This document shows, in pieces, positions 36,401-47,400 of a stretch of 64,000 bases of DNA (position 1 is the stretch's first letter; each line of letters opens with the position of its first letter). The notes beneath the pieces were generated by a model. The model was not told where the DNA came from, did not search any database, and was given only the letters and a program-made list of their open reading frames with translations. The position numbers were made by a program, and so were the translations under genes. This stretch comes from Convolutriloba macropyga (Eukaryota): assembly GCF_964194025.1 (NCBI RefSeq), contig NC_134470.1, positions 71,424,001 to 71,488,000 on the forward strand, written 5' to 3'.

Positions 36401-39400
36401 TTCTGTCTTCAGATCCTTCGTTCCGTGTATGCCAGCTATGTTGAGCGTCACATCGGTGCCTTGGGCTCGTAACTTCTCTTGCACACTTTGATCGATGAAT
36501 GAAACCGTTGATCCACTATCGCGGAAAGCATATGTGTTCAGCCTGTTGCCACTGCTCTGTATTGAGACAGGAACTATCTGAAGAAAGCTTGTAACTTCGT
36601 TACTCTGGTTGATTGTTGCTGCGCTTACGTTGACTGCATGATTGCCCTCGTCCATTTGGTTTTCTGAGTGTAGCAATCGGTTGTGCTTCTTGATGCATCC
36701 ATTGATGCCGCACGCATTGACTTTACAATCTTTGATTGCATGCCCTTTGCCTAGACATCCGTAACATAAGCGTTGCCTTCTCACTGCTGCGTACCGATCA
36801 TTCACACTCATATTCCTGAATAGTGGACAGTTCCATAATTTATGAGTGCCATCAGCTAGTAGACAGTGAACACTTTGCGTTTGATTCGTTTCTTTCACGT
36901 TGGAACTTGCACTGAAGTTCGACGTTTTCGAGAACCGTTTGTCTCTATTTGTGCTTCTTCGGTCTTCTTCTCTTCGCTCTCCCTTGAAAGCTGAAAACCC
37001 TTCGTGCACGAAAGCAATCCTAGATAGCCATTTTTCAAACATAATCAGATCAAGCCAATCTTAACCTTTATCATCAACATAGAACCACCACTTCTCTTTG
37101 AGAACTTGGGGTAGTTTATCTACTGCCATATACAATGTCGAGCTTGATTGCAGATCACCAATCTGCTTGTACTCTTTGAGCACATTCACAAAGTTCGAAA
37201 CAATAACTGAGAAACTGATCAGACCTGTTGAGTCGTGTGGTTTCACCTGACTTGCTTTGCGAAGGCTCTCCAGTTGTGCATCAATGATCACATGAGGCCT
37301 CCCAAATTTCCTCTCCAGGATACTCCATGCAGCACCATAGAACTGTCCAGAATAGCCCATTCCAGAGATTGCTGACCTTGCCTTGCCTGTCAGTAGAGTC
37401 TTCAGATGGCTCATCTTCTCTGAGTCTGGTATTTGTCGTTGATCCACTGTAGCAATGAACATACTAGACCACTCCGGCCATTCGAGAGGGTTTCCGTCGA
37501 AGTTGTTCAACTTCAGCTGTGGTAGGTTACTGCTACCTGCGTACCCAATGTTATGTTGTAGTCGACCAGCTCTGGGGGAAACGTCCCGGTCTTCAGCACT
37601 TGAGGATCGGTCTCGTGAACTGCGATATTGTGAGAAGTGACTTTGCCTGTTCACTTCAGGGGTCCCATCGAAGCGAGCTGTTGATCGATCTGGTGTTAGA
37701 AGGTTGTCGATACTGCTGGCCCAGTCTGAGACATCTCTCTTTTTTGGGGTCCAGTTGAAGGGTGATTTGTCCCGAGCACCAGTTGATTGGGAACGAGCAT
37801 CATCGTTCTCTAATGCTGTTCTCTTCACTTTGCGCTCTAGCTCACGCTCTTCCTCCAGCAGTTGATGCTTGGTTTCGAGTTCCTTCATTTGCATTTCCAG
37901 CTCTAGCCTCCTCCGCTCAAACCGTGCTTGTTCGAGTCGCATCTTTGTTTCGAATTCGATATCGAATTTCTTCATCCTTTCCGCTCGCCTTTGCTTTGCT
38001 GAAGATGTTTCCGAAACATTCTCCGCCTCTTGGCCACTTGCTCTTGCTCCATTTTGCACTGTTTGAACAACTAGGATGTCCGTTGGGTAGTTGTTGTTGC
38101 TCTCGCTGTCGTTCACTGCTTGGGTTGCGTTGCTTTGCTCTGCATTCATTGCTGGTTGCGTCCCTTTGCTTATATATGAAAGCCAATGATAGTCCAAACT
38201 TGCTTTGCGCTTCCTTGCTTCTTTCAGATGCTCTTCAACGAAATTAACTTGATAGGGCACAAGCTTGTTTCGACGCTGCAGTTGCTTGGGTATTTCTTCC
38301 TCTAGAAGGTGAACAGTCTGTTGGTAGAGGACCTTTAGTTTGTTGGGTCGATCTGAGTCTTCAATTATTTTGTAGCCAATCGCTGTTTTAGTGTTGACTT
38401 CTTCCAATAAATCTTGGAATTTCTTGTCGTACCTTTGAGCTGCTGATTGAAGCTCCTCCCTGCTGGTTGTGCAGGGATTGCCTGGTTGCCTTTTGCTTTG
38501 CTTGTTCCTTTTAAGCGAGGTTAATTCTTCAACGTGTTTTGTGAATTGCACTCGCAACTTTCGGTCTGCCTCACTGGCGTTGCGCTGTTGATTTGTTTGA
38601 TTCTCTTTGGGGGGTGCCTTCGGCACTCTCTTCATCAGATTGGACAGCAGTTTGCCTTCCACTGTCCTGGTCGGCGGACCAAATGTAACGGCTGCTCTCC
38701 TATCAAAGTCAAGGAAAACTTTACACCGCCCAGTTCGTTTCAGCGGTTTCAAATCTGTCCGGATATTGTGTTTTTGCAGTTAACTTTTGTGAACTGTAAT
38801 ATCCGCTATACTATAGATTACCGTCGCATTACTTGTTGCTCTATTACGCTTGATAACAAATTGCACAGCTTTGCTGTATAACAAACTTGTTTCTCTCAGA
38901 ATAACAAAATAATTCAAATTGAAACAACCAAATTTTTTGTTGAGTTTCTGTTAATAACTCAACTTTTAATTCGAAATTGCAAATTCTGCTTCTAACAAAT
39001 TGTTAAGGATGACTTCAAGTAACTGTCAACCAATTTTCAAATTTGTAGCGAACCTCCTTGTTAAGGGGGGCGCTTTTAAAGCAACTCAGATATTATAAAT
39101 CTGATTCAAAATAATAAACAACTTTCTGTTTCTCAATTGGCTTCAAAAACCACCAATATCAAAACTACGCTAGGCTTCGTTAAAACTAGTAAGAGCAACT
39201 GACTATGTGCTTGGCACAAAGTTTCTCTTACTTAGGAACTTTGTTCCTCAGAAAGAAGGTTTTGAGAATATCAAAGTTAATTCTCTTTTCACAAGTGAAA
39301 GTTAAGTTAAAACTGTACAATCACTAAATTGATCTACAAAAACAAGACACGATAACAAGTAATTTACCGCTCAAGAAAGTGTGCTTCAATACGCACTGTA

Positions 39401-41457
39401 TGTCAATTTAACAAGACAAAGTTAACGAATTTCACCTGATTTTTGGTAGTTTTTCAAGCTCCTTTTATGCTGCTAGTCACGTGGATTTACATGTCAAATT
39501 CAACTGTTGATTGGTTGTAGATAATAATGTCGACAAAATGTGAACACTTTTCCATAACGTCACTTTTTCAGTGTAAATTTGATGTCATGGGAAATTTGTT
39601 AACCATGTAGAAGTTTTGTCGAATATTCTGTATCAATAACAGGTTGATTCGCAATCCAATCGCAAAGAATCTGATGCAATACTGTTAAGTCGAAGTATTG
39701 TTTTGCCGGTGGTTTGAGCTAGTTCGAATTTAAGTTACAGTTTGACTTCATGAATGACGGTTGTGTACTAATAATAGTTGCTAAATATAAATGTTGAACA
39801 ACGTGAACAAATCCGTATAGCTTCGATAGAATGTGGCATTAAATTTCGCTTGTCACGCTATTCTAAACTGAACAGCTTGAAATGACCTTGAAGCGCTATT
39901 CAATTTGGTAGTTGAGTTAGTAAGCTCAGCCTCAACATACTGAGCAAATTTTGCAAGCATTTCCAAATTTTTGGCCGATAATGCCACAATTGTAAATTTT
40001 TGCAATTGATCTCTTCACAAGATCTCTGATTTATTTAGCAATGTGGATTATTTTCCTTACTTTCCTAACTGTTTCTCGGAGATTGTTTAATTCAATTGAA
40101 AAAAGTGTAAATTACACCATGTAGAACGATATGTGTAAATATTATAATAAAATCATAATAATAAAATGGTGTAAATAAAATCACTATACAAGGCCAACTT
40201 CTAACGATAAGGAACAAAAAATTTTCAGGCCGGTTTGCAAATATTTAAGAAATATTGTATCATTTAACAAAATTTGCAAAATTCTTGGTAATTTATGGCA
40301 AATTTAATATTAAGTTTGGGGAGTCAAAAAAATGGACAACGAAAAGTTCTCATCTAACTTGATGCAAGTATTCTATATTACGCATACTTTATTAGAGAAG
40401 CTAACTTTGTTTTTAAATGAAGGTTGCGACAAAATCTCCAGGAGATCAGGTTTTATACACGAATTGGCGAAAACCATTAAAGTACATCTGTGGTTAACAA
40501 GAAAGTTTAGAGTTAAAACTTTTTTTCGTCATTTCTGTCTAATGCTTTTTTGATCAGACTGCAATTCCCTGGTATCTATACTGCTTTTCCTCCCTTTGGC
40601 AGAATCCTAGAAAAACTTGAAGAAATATTGCAAAATCAGCCCTGTTAATCAGATCTTTTGACACAGACTCAGTGGTACATTCTGTTTTATGGTTTAGTAA
40701 GGTTGAATTTGTTGAGCAATTAGTCAGACAGTTAACTCATTAACATTTATTGAACACTTCAATGTTTACTGTCTACTTGACCATAATAAATCAGTGCTGA
40801 AACATTGTATACCAATTGTATATCGTCTGCGGAATACTGTATCAGTGTATCCTAAGAGTATATTGCTACCTCATTATGTGCAGTCTATTCGCATAGGCAC
40901 TTTTTTTTCTGAAAATAGACTGAGCATTCTTGGTTTTGATTCGCATGATGTTCGTAGGAAAATCATGAAAAAATATGACCATTTCGAAAAAAAAAATGAA
41001 ATTTTGGACGACGCACTTTTTGAGCACGACGACGAAGTTACCATCTTAAAACATTTTAATCATTGTAAATAACGTTTCATTATCAAAAAGTACCCGCCAA
41101 ATCCAGCAAAGACACGCCCAGGCCCTTGAAATTTTCCAAAACCATGCAATTTGGGTCCAATTTGCCGATTTTGAAGTTTTAATTTAAGATTGTAATGGAG
41201 TATTGAATGAATGTTTAGGTTGTAGTTTTACATTTCAGATACAGAAATAACTTGCCTGTTTTGTAAAAGTAATTATTGAACCTCTCAATCCTGTCACATC
41301 TTCCTCCTTGCGTCCTCCCCTTTCCACTCTGAATTCCGCTGAGAGAGATACAGGGAAATTGAATCACACTAGTAGGTGTCCAGATAGGGGCAGGACAGTC
41401 GTCTTCTGACCGACATTGGTTTCCAAATACCTTTTTGTTATTTTTAACGTCACTCAT
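21336..41457 (-). CDS. Gene A: uncharacterised Cys-rich protein (~247 aa), 5 coding exons, paralogue of gene B
   Basis: Exons 41457-41256 (ATG...AG|GCAAGT, phase 1), 32853-32733 (TTTATAG|GA...CA|GTTAGT, 1/2), 31815 (or 31809)-31623 (2/0, ATG|GTTAGT), 29349-29224 (CTTTAG|...ACA|GTACGT, 0/0), 21437-21336 (TTTCAG|GCG...TAA). All four junctions are phase-compatible and similarity to gene B runs across the exon 1/2 junction. Confidence 0.68.
21507..22676. mobile_element. Non-autonomous DNA transposon (CMC/EnSpm-like MITE), TCTGATCAGA family, copy 2
   Basis: TIR CCCAGGTTGAGGTCCAG...CTGGACCTAAACCTGGG with TT on both flanks; arrays of ~30-bp units (tcgagcgcac...tctgatcaga); core shared with 10846-11522. 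Confidence 0.8.
22870..27340 (+). repeat. Local segmental direct duplication (~22870-24620 and ~25195-27340)
   Basis: Long colinear high-identity match (near-identical ORFs 23800-23982 and 26118-26229; same 41-bp internal duplication at ~24022-24105 and ~26341-26424). The second copy has ~310 bp extra (26533-26845) and a ~97-bp tandem duplication (26826-27019). Confidence 0.9.
25040..25191. mobile_element. MITE end fragment, TTCAGGT/ACCTGAA repeat family with ...TTTTAGTGTG terminus
   Basis: About 12 TTCAGGT/ACCTGAA-like motifs in both orientations ending in a CAC-type terminus; sits at the junction of the segmental duplication. Confidence 0.5.
28504..28764. repeat. Foldback (long imperfect inverted repeat, ~125-bp arms), MITE-like
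   Basis: ggcctataatgtaat...ttttccatttatgtatag.taacaccact mirrored by agtggtgtta.ctatacataaatggaaaa...attacattataggcc, centred at ~28635. Confidence 0.85.
28793..29150. mobile_element. Degenerate GCGGTGAA-family MITE
   Basis: ctgggccgaggtttt resembles the 18030 TIR; scattered gcggtgaa/caccg motifs. Confidence 0.5.
29224..29349 (-). CDS. Gene A exon 4: VEPEPYYAVSSGLSPEAIEAEQYKQCSASGNQPIPEEEDTIT
   Basis: 126-nt GC-richer open frame with CTTTAG acceptor and GTACGT donor; symmetric phase 0. No homology support. Confidence 0.6.
29394..29489. repeat. Two adjacent inverted repeats including a perfect 36-bp palindrome (29454-29489)
   Basis: tatcaagtttcgttttac|gtaaaacgaaacttgata is self-complementary; preceded by imperfect hairpin tattatatctagtata...catatgc-cgact-gcatatg...tatactatagatataata. 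Confidence 0.9.
30900..31392 (+). mobile_element. Decayed Tc1-like DDE transposase fragment
   Basis: Remnant motifs SLWGAA (cf. VWG), LIFHQDKTSMQ*SK at ~31095 (cf. FQQDNAPCHTSK) and LHPIENVWAIL at 31200 (cf. DLNPIENVWAIL). D and E lie in one frame ~33 residues apart; stops present. Confidence 0.7.
31623..31815 (-). CDS. Gene A exon 3: GSCMLRKRNFDESRPPFELLNGDQMLEEIRKQFKKKCHWRQDSVNTIKDLEVLIEILTNGPTPM
   Basis: Within ORF 31542-31820; donor GTTAGT. Acceptor is atypical (GAG, or AAG giving 31809; both phase 2). Confidence 0.7.
32733..32853 (-). CDS. Gene A exon 2: (G)VIPKSLVCSSVSNCTFYGNDNFALDDPEVQENEKLSWKC
   Basis: Within ORF 32705-32971; canonical AG/GT boundaries; aligns with gene B LLPYVLKC...C...FFGN...LQWTC. 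Confidence 0.72.
33002..33088 (-). mobile_element. tRNA-derived SINE head or tRNA pseudogene (putative)
   Basis: Minus strand GGTCCTGA-TAGTCCAGTGG (A-box-like) ... GGTTCGGCTCC (imperfect B box); no complete cloverleaf. Confidence 0.4.
33537..34790 (-). repeat. 3' LTR of BEL/Pao element
   Basis: Direct repeat of 38684-39937; preceded on the minus strand by purine-rich GGAAAACAGGGCCGGCGA. Confidence 0.97.
34706..36093 (-). pseudogene. BEL/Pao integrase plus C-terminal DUF5641-like domain, disrupted
   Basis: HEGTEH...CITC zinc finger, GVDYFGP, SDNGTNF, GGLWERLVRS (DDE), TPNHFLLG, GSDGVIRSAIV, RPVVKL. Frameshift at ~35245 and stop at 35033. Confidence 0.93.
36098..37042 (-). pseudogene. BEL/Pao gag Cys/His knuckles plus aspartic protease
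   Basis: CLLADGTHKLWNC, CYGCLGKGHAIKDC, CGINGCIKKHNRLLH; DSGSTVSFI; IILGQD; AVLTELGWVVSG. Confidence 0.92.
37061..38752 (-). pseudogene. BEL/Pao gag (coiled coil plus DUF1759-like region), ended by an in-frame TAA
   Basis: LPQLKLNNFDGNPLEWPEWSSMF...EKMSHLKTLLTGKAR...LERKFGRP. The reading frame continues past the stop into 36098-37042. First ATG outside the LTR is near 38635. Confidence 0.9.
38665..38681 (-). promoter_or_regulatory. Primer-binding site, probably tRNA-Tyr
   Basis: TGGTCCGCCGACCAGGA 2 nt after the 5' LTR. The implied tRNA 3' end ...TCGGCGG-A-CCA has G72/A73 as in eukaryotic tRNA-Tyr (inference). Confidence 0.7.
38684..39937 (-). repeat. 5' LTR of BEL/Pao element
   Basis: TGTAACGG...CTCAACA on +; about 29 substitutions and no indels seen versus the other LTR by manual comparison (~2.3%). 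Confidence 0.97.
41256..41457 (-). CDS. Gene A exon 1: MSDVKNNKKVFGNQCRSEDDCPAPIWTPTSVIQFPC...GGRCDRIERFNNYFYKT
   Basis: ORF 41215-41457 with upstream in-frame stop; GC-type donor AG|GCAAGT; homologous to gene B exons 1-2. Confidence 0.72.
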
Positions 41458-44400
41458 TAATCACCAAATTTGGCGCAGAAAACAAAATCATGGAATGCAC
41501 GGTATACAATCAAGATTTGATGGTTGCTGTTTCCCGTGTCAAGCATTTTCGGTGAAAACACAGATAAATGAGCCGAAATTCAGCGGAAATTCGCTCAAAT
41601 TGAAAGGTTGAAAAAATGTACTGGACCAATATCTTTAACCGCGGGGGTTGCTTATTACATCTACAATACTTTGAATAAATTCGGATTTGTTCCAAGTACT
41701 TGCGATAAACATCATCATGTTTGAGATATTGCTTAAAATCAATTTTTCCAGCTTTCAAGTTTTAATAGGAATAGATAAATGATCATTAGTCTATTCCTAA
41801 CAAAATTTATGCACGTTTTCGTGTATTTTTTTTAATTGCCTATCTGACCAAATTTACTGCTGAAAAATTTTCAGAGCTGTTGGTCCCTCAGAATTCCATG
41901 AATTGTTCCAATTTTATTGTTCCGTTTATTTTTTTGGAATTCTAAAGTTGTTGTTCCAAACCAAAGAAAGAAATAGGCTATGTCTTTCTTTTGTTTATCC
42001 AATTTTAATACTAATAGTAATTATTATGGTCATTTATGCGTAATAGCGGCAGAAGGACAGACATTAAGCAAAGCGCCCTTTTCCCAGCTGCCCTTTGTTT
42101 ATTATTCCCCACATTTCAGATTGATAATTTTATTATCAGCATTGCTCTTGCTCTGTTTTCAGTAATTTTGACCTTTTTATCTGAAACTTTTGCGTGGTAC
42201 CATCATTGCAGTCATTATTGGTCAGACTATGGTCAATTAGAAGCTACTGTACAGTGAGAACTCGCCCTCACACAGAAAGCTTTACTGAGGCAGGGGATTG
42301 AGCTTCAATCTTTTGCGGTTGAACCGCGCACCTTATCTCGTCAATTATGGCCTATCATAATCTTTTGCGGTAAGATAAAAAAAAATGATATCAATTAACA
42401 ATCTTCGAAAAATTGAATGAACTGTTCAGCAAAATCTCTTCTAAAATATTTGATGCCTTGAGAAGTTAATGTGGTTTTTAAATTTCAAAATATTGTCGCC
42501 TTCTGTTCTTTTCAATTTTGAAAGACAATAGGAACCAAATTATATATCAAAAAAATAAATTGCTCAATTTAGTTTGTATTTTTGTACAATTAGTTGGTCT
42601 AAAAAACGCCTGAAAACTCATACAAAAATGTTCAGTAAAGTTGAGATATGCTGAAAAAATTCAAAATATTAAACCATATTTAAAAAATCAATTTGTTAAT
42701 CAAAAGATTCTGTGTTTCGGGAAAAACATTTGAAAACAACAACAAGTGTATGTATTGTAGGAAAAGTTCACTATTGTGATATTCAGAATATTTGATTTGC
42801 AGTATTGAAAATCTATTATAGGCACTTTGGAAGAACTAATTTGTTTCTTTTCTTTTGTTTTTAAGTTTAATAACTTCCATTGAAAATTTTCTGATTGAGT
42901 CGATTAGATAAAAAAGGCATGATCCAGTTTCTATCGAATAGAACAGATTATGGACTTATTAAGTTTTAAGAAATTGTTCTCTTTGCAATGTCTTCATGCT
43001 TCACATTAATGATCATGTTTCAACTTAGGTACGTTGTTCGGTTGGTATTTTTGCGTTAGCACGTTCTCTTGTGCATTGCATTCTATTGACACTTTTTCTA
43101 CTTTTATCCGTTTTTCATACCCAAAAGGTATTTATGCGCAACAAGAATAATTTCGTATCTCTGTTTATCCACTGCAAACGATTCTTAATAATCATTAAAG
43201 TAAAGTTTAAGAAACCTTGGAAAACTTTGGAGAACACGGGGTTGGCCCTTACAAGCAACAAAGTTTCACAAGTTTTAGTCAAACATTATATCTCACTTTT
43301 ACAAAGCATGAATTTGCTCTTGCTACTAATTCTTCAGAACAAGTCCATAATTTAGCCAATTCGTAGGTCTCATTTTTGCTAGCATTTAATTTTTCAAAAA
43401 TTTTCTCATTCCATCTCGTTCTAAGATTACAACTTTTGCTTAGGGGTATTGTTTTGACTAAAGTCTTTGAGTCGTTTCTATGTAGAGGTCCACTGATATA
43501 AATTTTGCAGCAGCGGCTTTGTTTTAACGTTAATGAATAGCTCGCGCATAGTTGTATTTTTTGCTTCGATATAATATTTAGAGTGCTGTTAAAAGTGTTC
43601 CTCATCGTCCGGATTCCGAGGTACCAAGTAGCCATCTGGCGTTCTTTGATCCTAAAAAATTTCAAACAATTATCAAGATTTGAATGTATGCATTCCTGAT
43701 ACTGTTCATCTTGAAGTTTGTTATTTTCCTTAATCCCTATAGTGTTCAGATATCGCCTGAAGAGTACATGGGAGCCGAATATGGTATCCTTTACGTCATA
43801 ATAATTGCTCAAAGGAGCCCAAAGGTGCAAAAAGCGATCTGAAACATTCTCTCCATTGTATAAAAATTTATTCGCTAATTTATTCGCTAATTTATTTATT
43901 TATGAGTTAACTTATTTGCTAATTTATTCGTTAATTTATTAGAGGTACCTATTCGATAGAGGTTCCGAATCATAATAAATCTACAAATGGCTGGAACTTG
44001 CATAATTTTTCTTCGATCAATATAGAAAAGCTGAAGAGTTTCCTTGTAGAACAAATTTAGGGTTTTTCAATGTTTTTGCGTAGAGTTATCTTGAAAGTTG
44101 TTTCTTTTCCGAGGAGCTGCTAATCATAAGTTTTGGGGTAATTTGGATTAGTGCTGTAATACAGTTCTTGACAAATATTCACGAGCTTGGCCTAACGCCA
44201 GATATTTTTAAGGTCATTTTCAGACAACTTTCTTTTAGCCGCGATTCACACTCTTACTACAGAGGTGCGATGATCTGAGAGGCAACGAGAATTTTAATTA
44301 AAACAACCACAAGTTTGGCTAGTTCCCGACAATCAGTTTATTGGACAGTTTTTTTTACAATTATCTGAAAACAGAGCCAGATGGTCCAATTTTTGCCCCT

Positions 44401-47400
44401 CACTAAACTGTTTTTTTAAATAACCTATTCATAAACACAAAAACTGACTTCTTCCCGTAATGCGGGATACTCTCCATAAGCATCAAATATACTCATTTAA
44501 AGTTCTTTTCAGCTGGTTAAAGCAATCTGAAGCTAGAATAAGAGTAAAACTTTAATTTATGTCAGTTTTTCTTATACAATTTATTTTTCTAAAATTAAAT
44601 TTCTCTCCGAAAAATTCTTTGACTCTATAGTTGATTAAATCAAAAGAAACTTTTCTAATTCTGAAGGTGTTTTCGTATTTACATGCGACGAGTTCACTGC
44701 TTGAAAAGTGATTTTAGTTGCCTCAGAGGAAAAAAACTACAGTTTTAAATCAACAATTTTTGGTTCTCGAATTTTCTAACAAAAAAAACAGTTTTCTGTA
44801 TGCTTCCTAAAAAAATTCTCAAGTTCACATTGATCAGTACACAACTTTGAGTATTCGAAGTTGAAATAGTATGTCTTAAAACTTGAAAATTTCGAAACTG
44901 TAGTCTAAAACATCAATATTTTATGTTGAGAAAAATGTCAAAAACTTTCTCTAGCGAAAATCAAAGATAGTTTGGCATTTATCAACTGGTTTCTTTGCAA
45001 GCCCATTTTACGATTGAAATTTTTAAACATTTAATAAGTTTCACTGCCGATACTCTCGAGGAGAAAAATGAAAAAAAAACAGAAATCTTAAAAATTATTG
45101 ATAAACGTTGTTCACCTACTCCTATCAGATTAGCTTTTTGCTTATCATAATTACATAACTTTGAGTGATTCAACAAGTGGTTATTACTATTTCGGATGTG
45201 AAAAGTCCGAAAATTTCTTTTTGTTGAGTTTCCTTAAAATAAATTGTTCTGCAAAAAAATGTCAATCGATTCCTCTAATGATTATAGAGATGCTAGTAGG
45301 TTGGCATCTAAAATTATATTTAGTTTTCAATGCTTTTTAGAGCCATAATTTAGGAAATTGATCAACCGTTTTGCACGTTGAATGCATTATTAATTAGTTT
45401 TTAGTGGAATTTTAAGGCAATGTTTTTTCATCTTCAATCGTTTGTTTAGAGATAGATTTCTGTTATGAGATGGAAATGTTTTTGATGCAAGTTTTTGTCA
45501 ACATGTTTTGAAAATATCTCTCAAGCCTCATGTTACTTTTACTTTCTTCTAATTGACAAAAAATGAGCCAACATTAGAGGCAGGAAAGAAGCCAAAACAG
45601 TACAATGGTTTTCAGTAATTAAGCAACTGATATGTTGCCCTAGTCTACACGACGAATTATTAAAAGATCGTCCACGATTGATTTAAGGCATGAAAAATCT
45701 ACCCTCGACAAATTTTTGTATAAAAAGAATTTGTTTGACTTTGCGTGATGTCTTCGATTTTGGCTGGAACTAAAACTACCGTCCTTGAGCTAAATTATCC
45801 ACCGCTAGACAACAAAACGAACGTGTCCATGAATTTGGTTGGTTAATAAAACGTCTGGAATATGGCTCCATTTGGCACTATCTTTTATTATCTAGAAGAA
45901 TCAATAATCTGTCAAAATAAGCATCGTTTTTTCTAAAGATAATTTTTTTTGAGAGAAAAAAATGACTAACGTCACATTTTCATCATGGCTAATGAGAAGA
46001 AATCCAATACAATTAAAACACCTACCATGTACAGAAGCAGAAAACTTGTTGTTTTTCAGTTTTGAATTTGCAAAAAACAGACTTATTTTTACTCGAACCA
46101 TGTAAAGGGCATGTCCGACCCATGATAACTATGAAAAGACTCTGCTTGACACAAAAGAGCCATGGAAAGACTTTTTACTAAACCCATGAAAAAAATTTAT
46201 TAAAAGAATTGACTGCGCTTATGAAAAAGAAGTAACCTCCAGTTCAACTAGGGTCCTTCACCGTGTAACTTATTTCAATATCACCAATAATCACCACCTG
46301 GATTTATTAGGTCTTTTTGTAAATTCCAGGTCTAGACTAAGTTGCTTAATTTGGTTGAGAGGCAAACGTCAATGCATGCTCGATTTGTTTCAAAATGGAA
46401 GTGTTGATGGATGAGCATTTTTGATTGGGTTTTTTGTTTGGCTATATTTTTTCTCCATCTTTTATCTCACGACTTCTAGGTTACTGCAGCTAAATCCTTT
46501 AAGTACAAATGATTACATATTGTTCTCTGATTTAATAGTCAAAGTCTTAGACTTTTCTCCTGCACTGAAAGCAAGGTAGGCAAATATTGAAAATAAGTTT
46601 GTCTAAATAATTTTGTTTTTCTACCTGCTTCTGAGTGAGAGGTGTTGCAGAACAGTTTGTGAGTAGGAAAATTATGAGAAAAATTGGAAAAAATTTGCTT
46701 ACAGCGAGCTGCATCTTTGTTTGCTGTAAAACTATGATGTATCAAGAGATTTGCCTTCAAAGCACTTGTGTCACAATATTTAATTCTTAAAATTTGAGAA
46801 ATGAAAGTAAAATTACCGTGTAACCCTGTAACCTGATTCAGTTTCTATCACTTTAAATTAACTCAAACTTATTGTTGAAAAAAACCTGCCAAAATGCAAA
46901 CAGAGCAAATTGGCAAAGTACTTTCGCTCAGATTTTCCCAACCTGTCATTTAATAAACAATGTATGAAAATTAAAAGCATCCCCTGTTATAGACAATGTT
47001 TATGATTGAAACCAAGCCTAAGCTAAATAGACCGGCTAACTAGAAACTATCTTGAAGGTCGGTCGGCTATAATAAAAAATGACAGCAACAGCCTGTTTTT
47101 AGAGGCAAGAAGTTATATACAAAAATTACTATCTCAAATCACTATCGGTTGCCAAACCTCCACGAGAAGAACCCTTGCATGTTGTGCCGTCAAGTTTATA
47201 TAGGCAACAATCTACCTTTAGATTTGAAATTAAAACCAGTCAAATATTTTGTTATGTAATCAACTCGTTTTATTTTCTTAGAACAGGTATTAAACCAAAG
47301 TTATCATAACTCCAGCAGCCGTCTCCCATTTAACTCAATATCATGACATTTATTTTTTGGAAAGATAAGACAAAATGTTTTGCATGGAAGCTGATAGAAG

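Larger units (their letters stand above)
33537..39937 (-). mobile_element. BEL/Pao LTR retrotransposon, internally deleted (no RT/RNase H), non-autonomous
   Basis: Two 1254-bp TG...CA LTRs; 5-bp TSD TACTG (33532-33536, 39938-39942); PBS and purine-rich tract; gag, Cys/His knuckles, protease, integrase and C-terminal domain typical of BEL/Pao. Confidence 0.97.

Noticed and set aside
37061-37063. Programmed gag-pol stop readthrough
   Set aside because: The TAA falls mid-gag before the knuckles in a copy with other lesions; BEL elements normally have one ORF, so a nonsense mutation is simpler.
37455-38881. Plus-strand ORFs overlapping gag and the LTR
   Set aside because: Antisense shadows of the retroelement ORF with no independent support.
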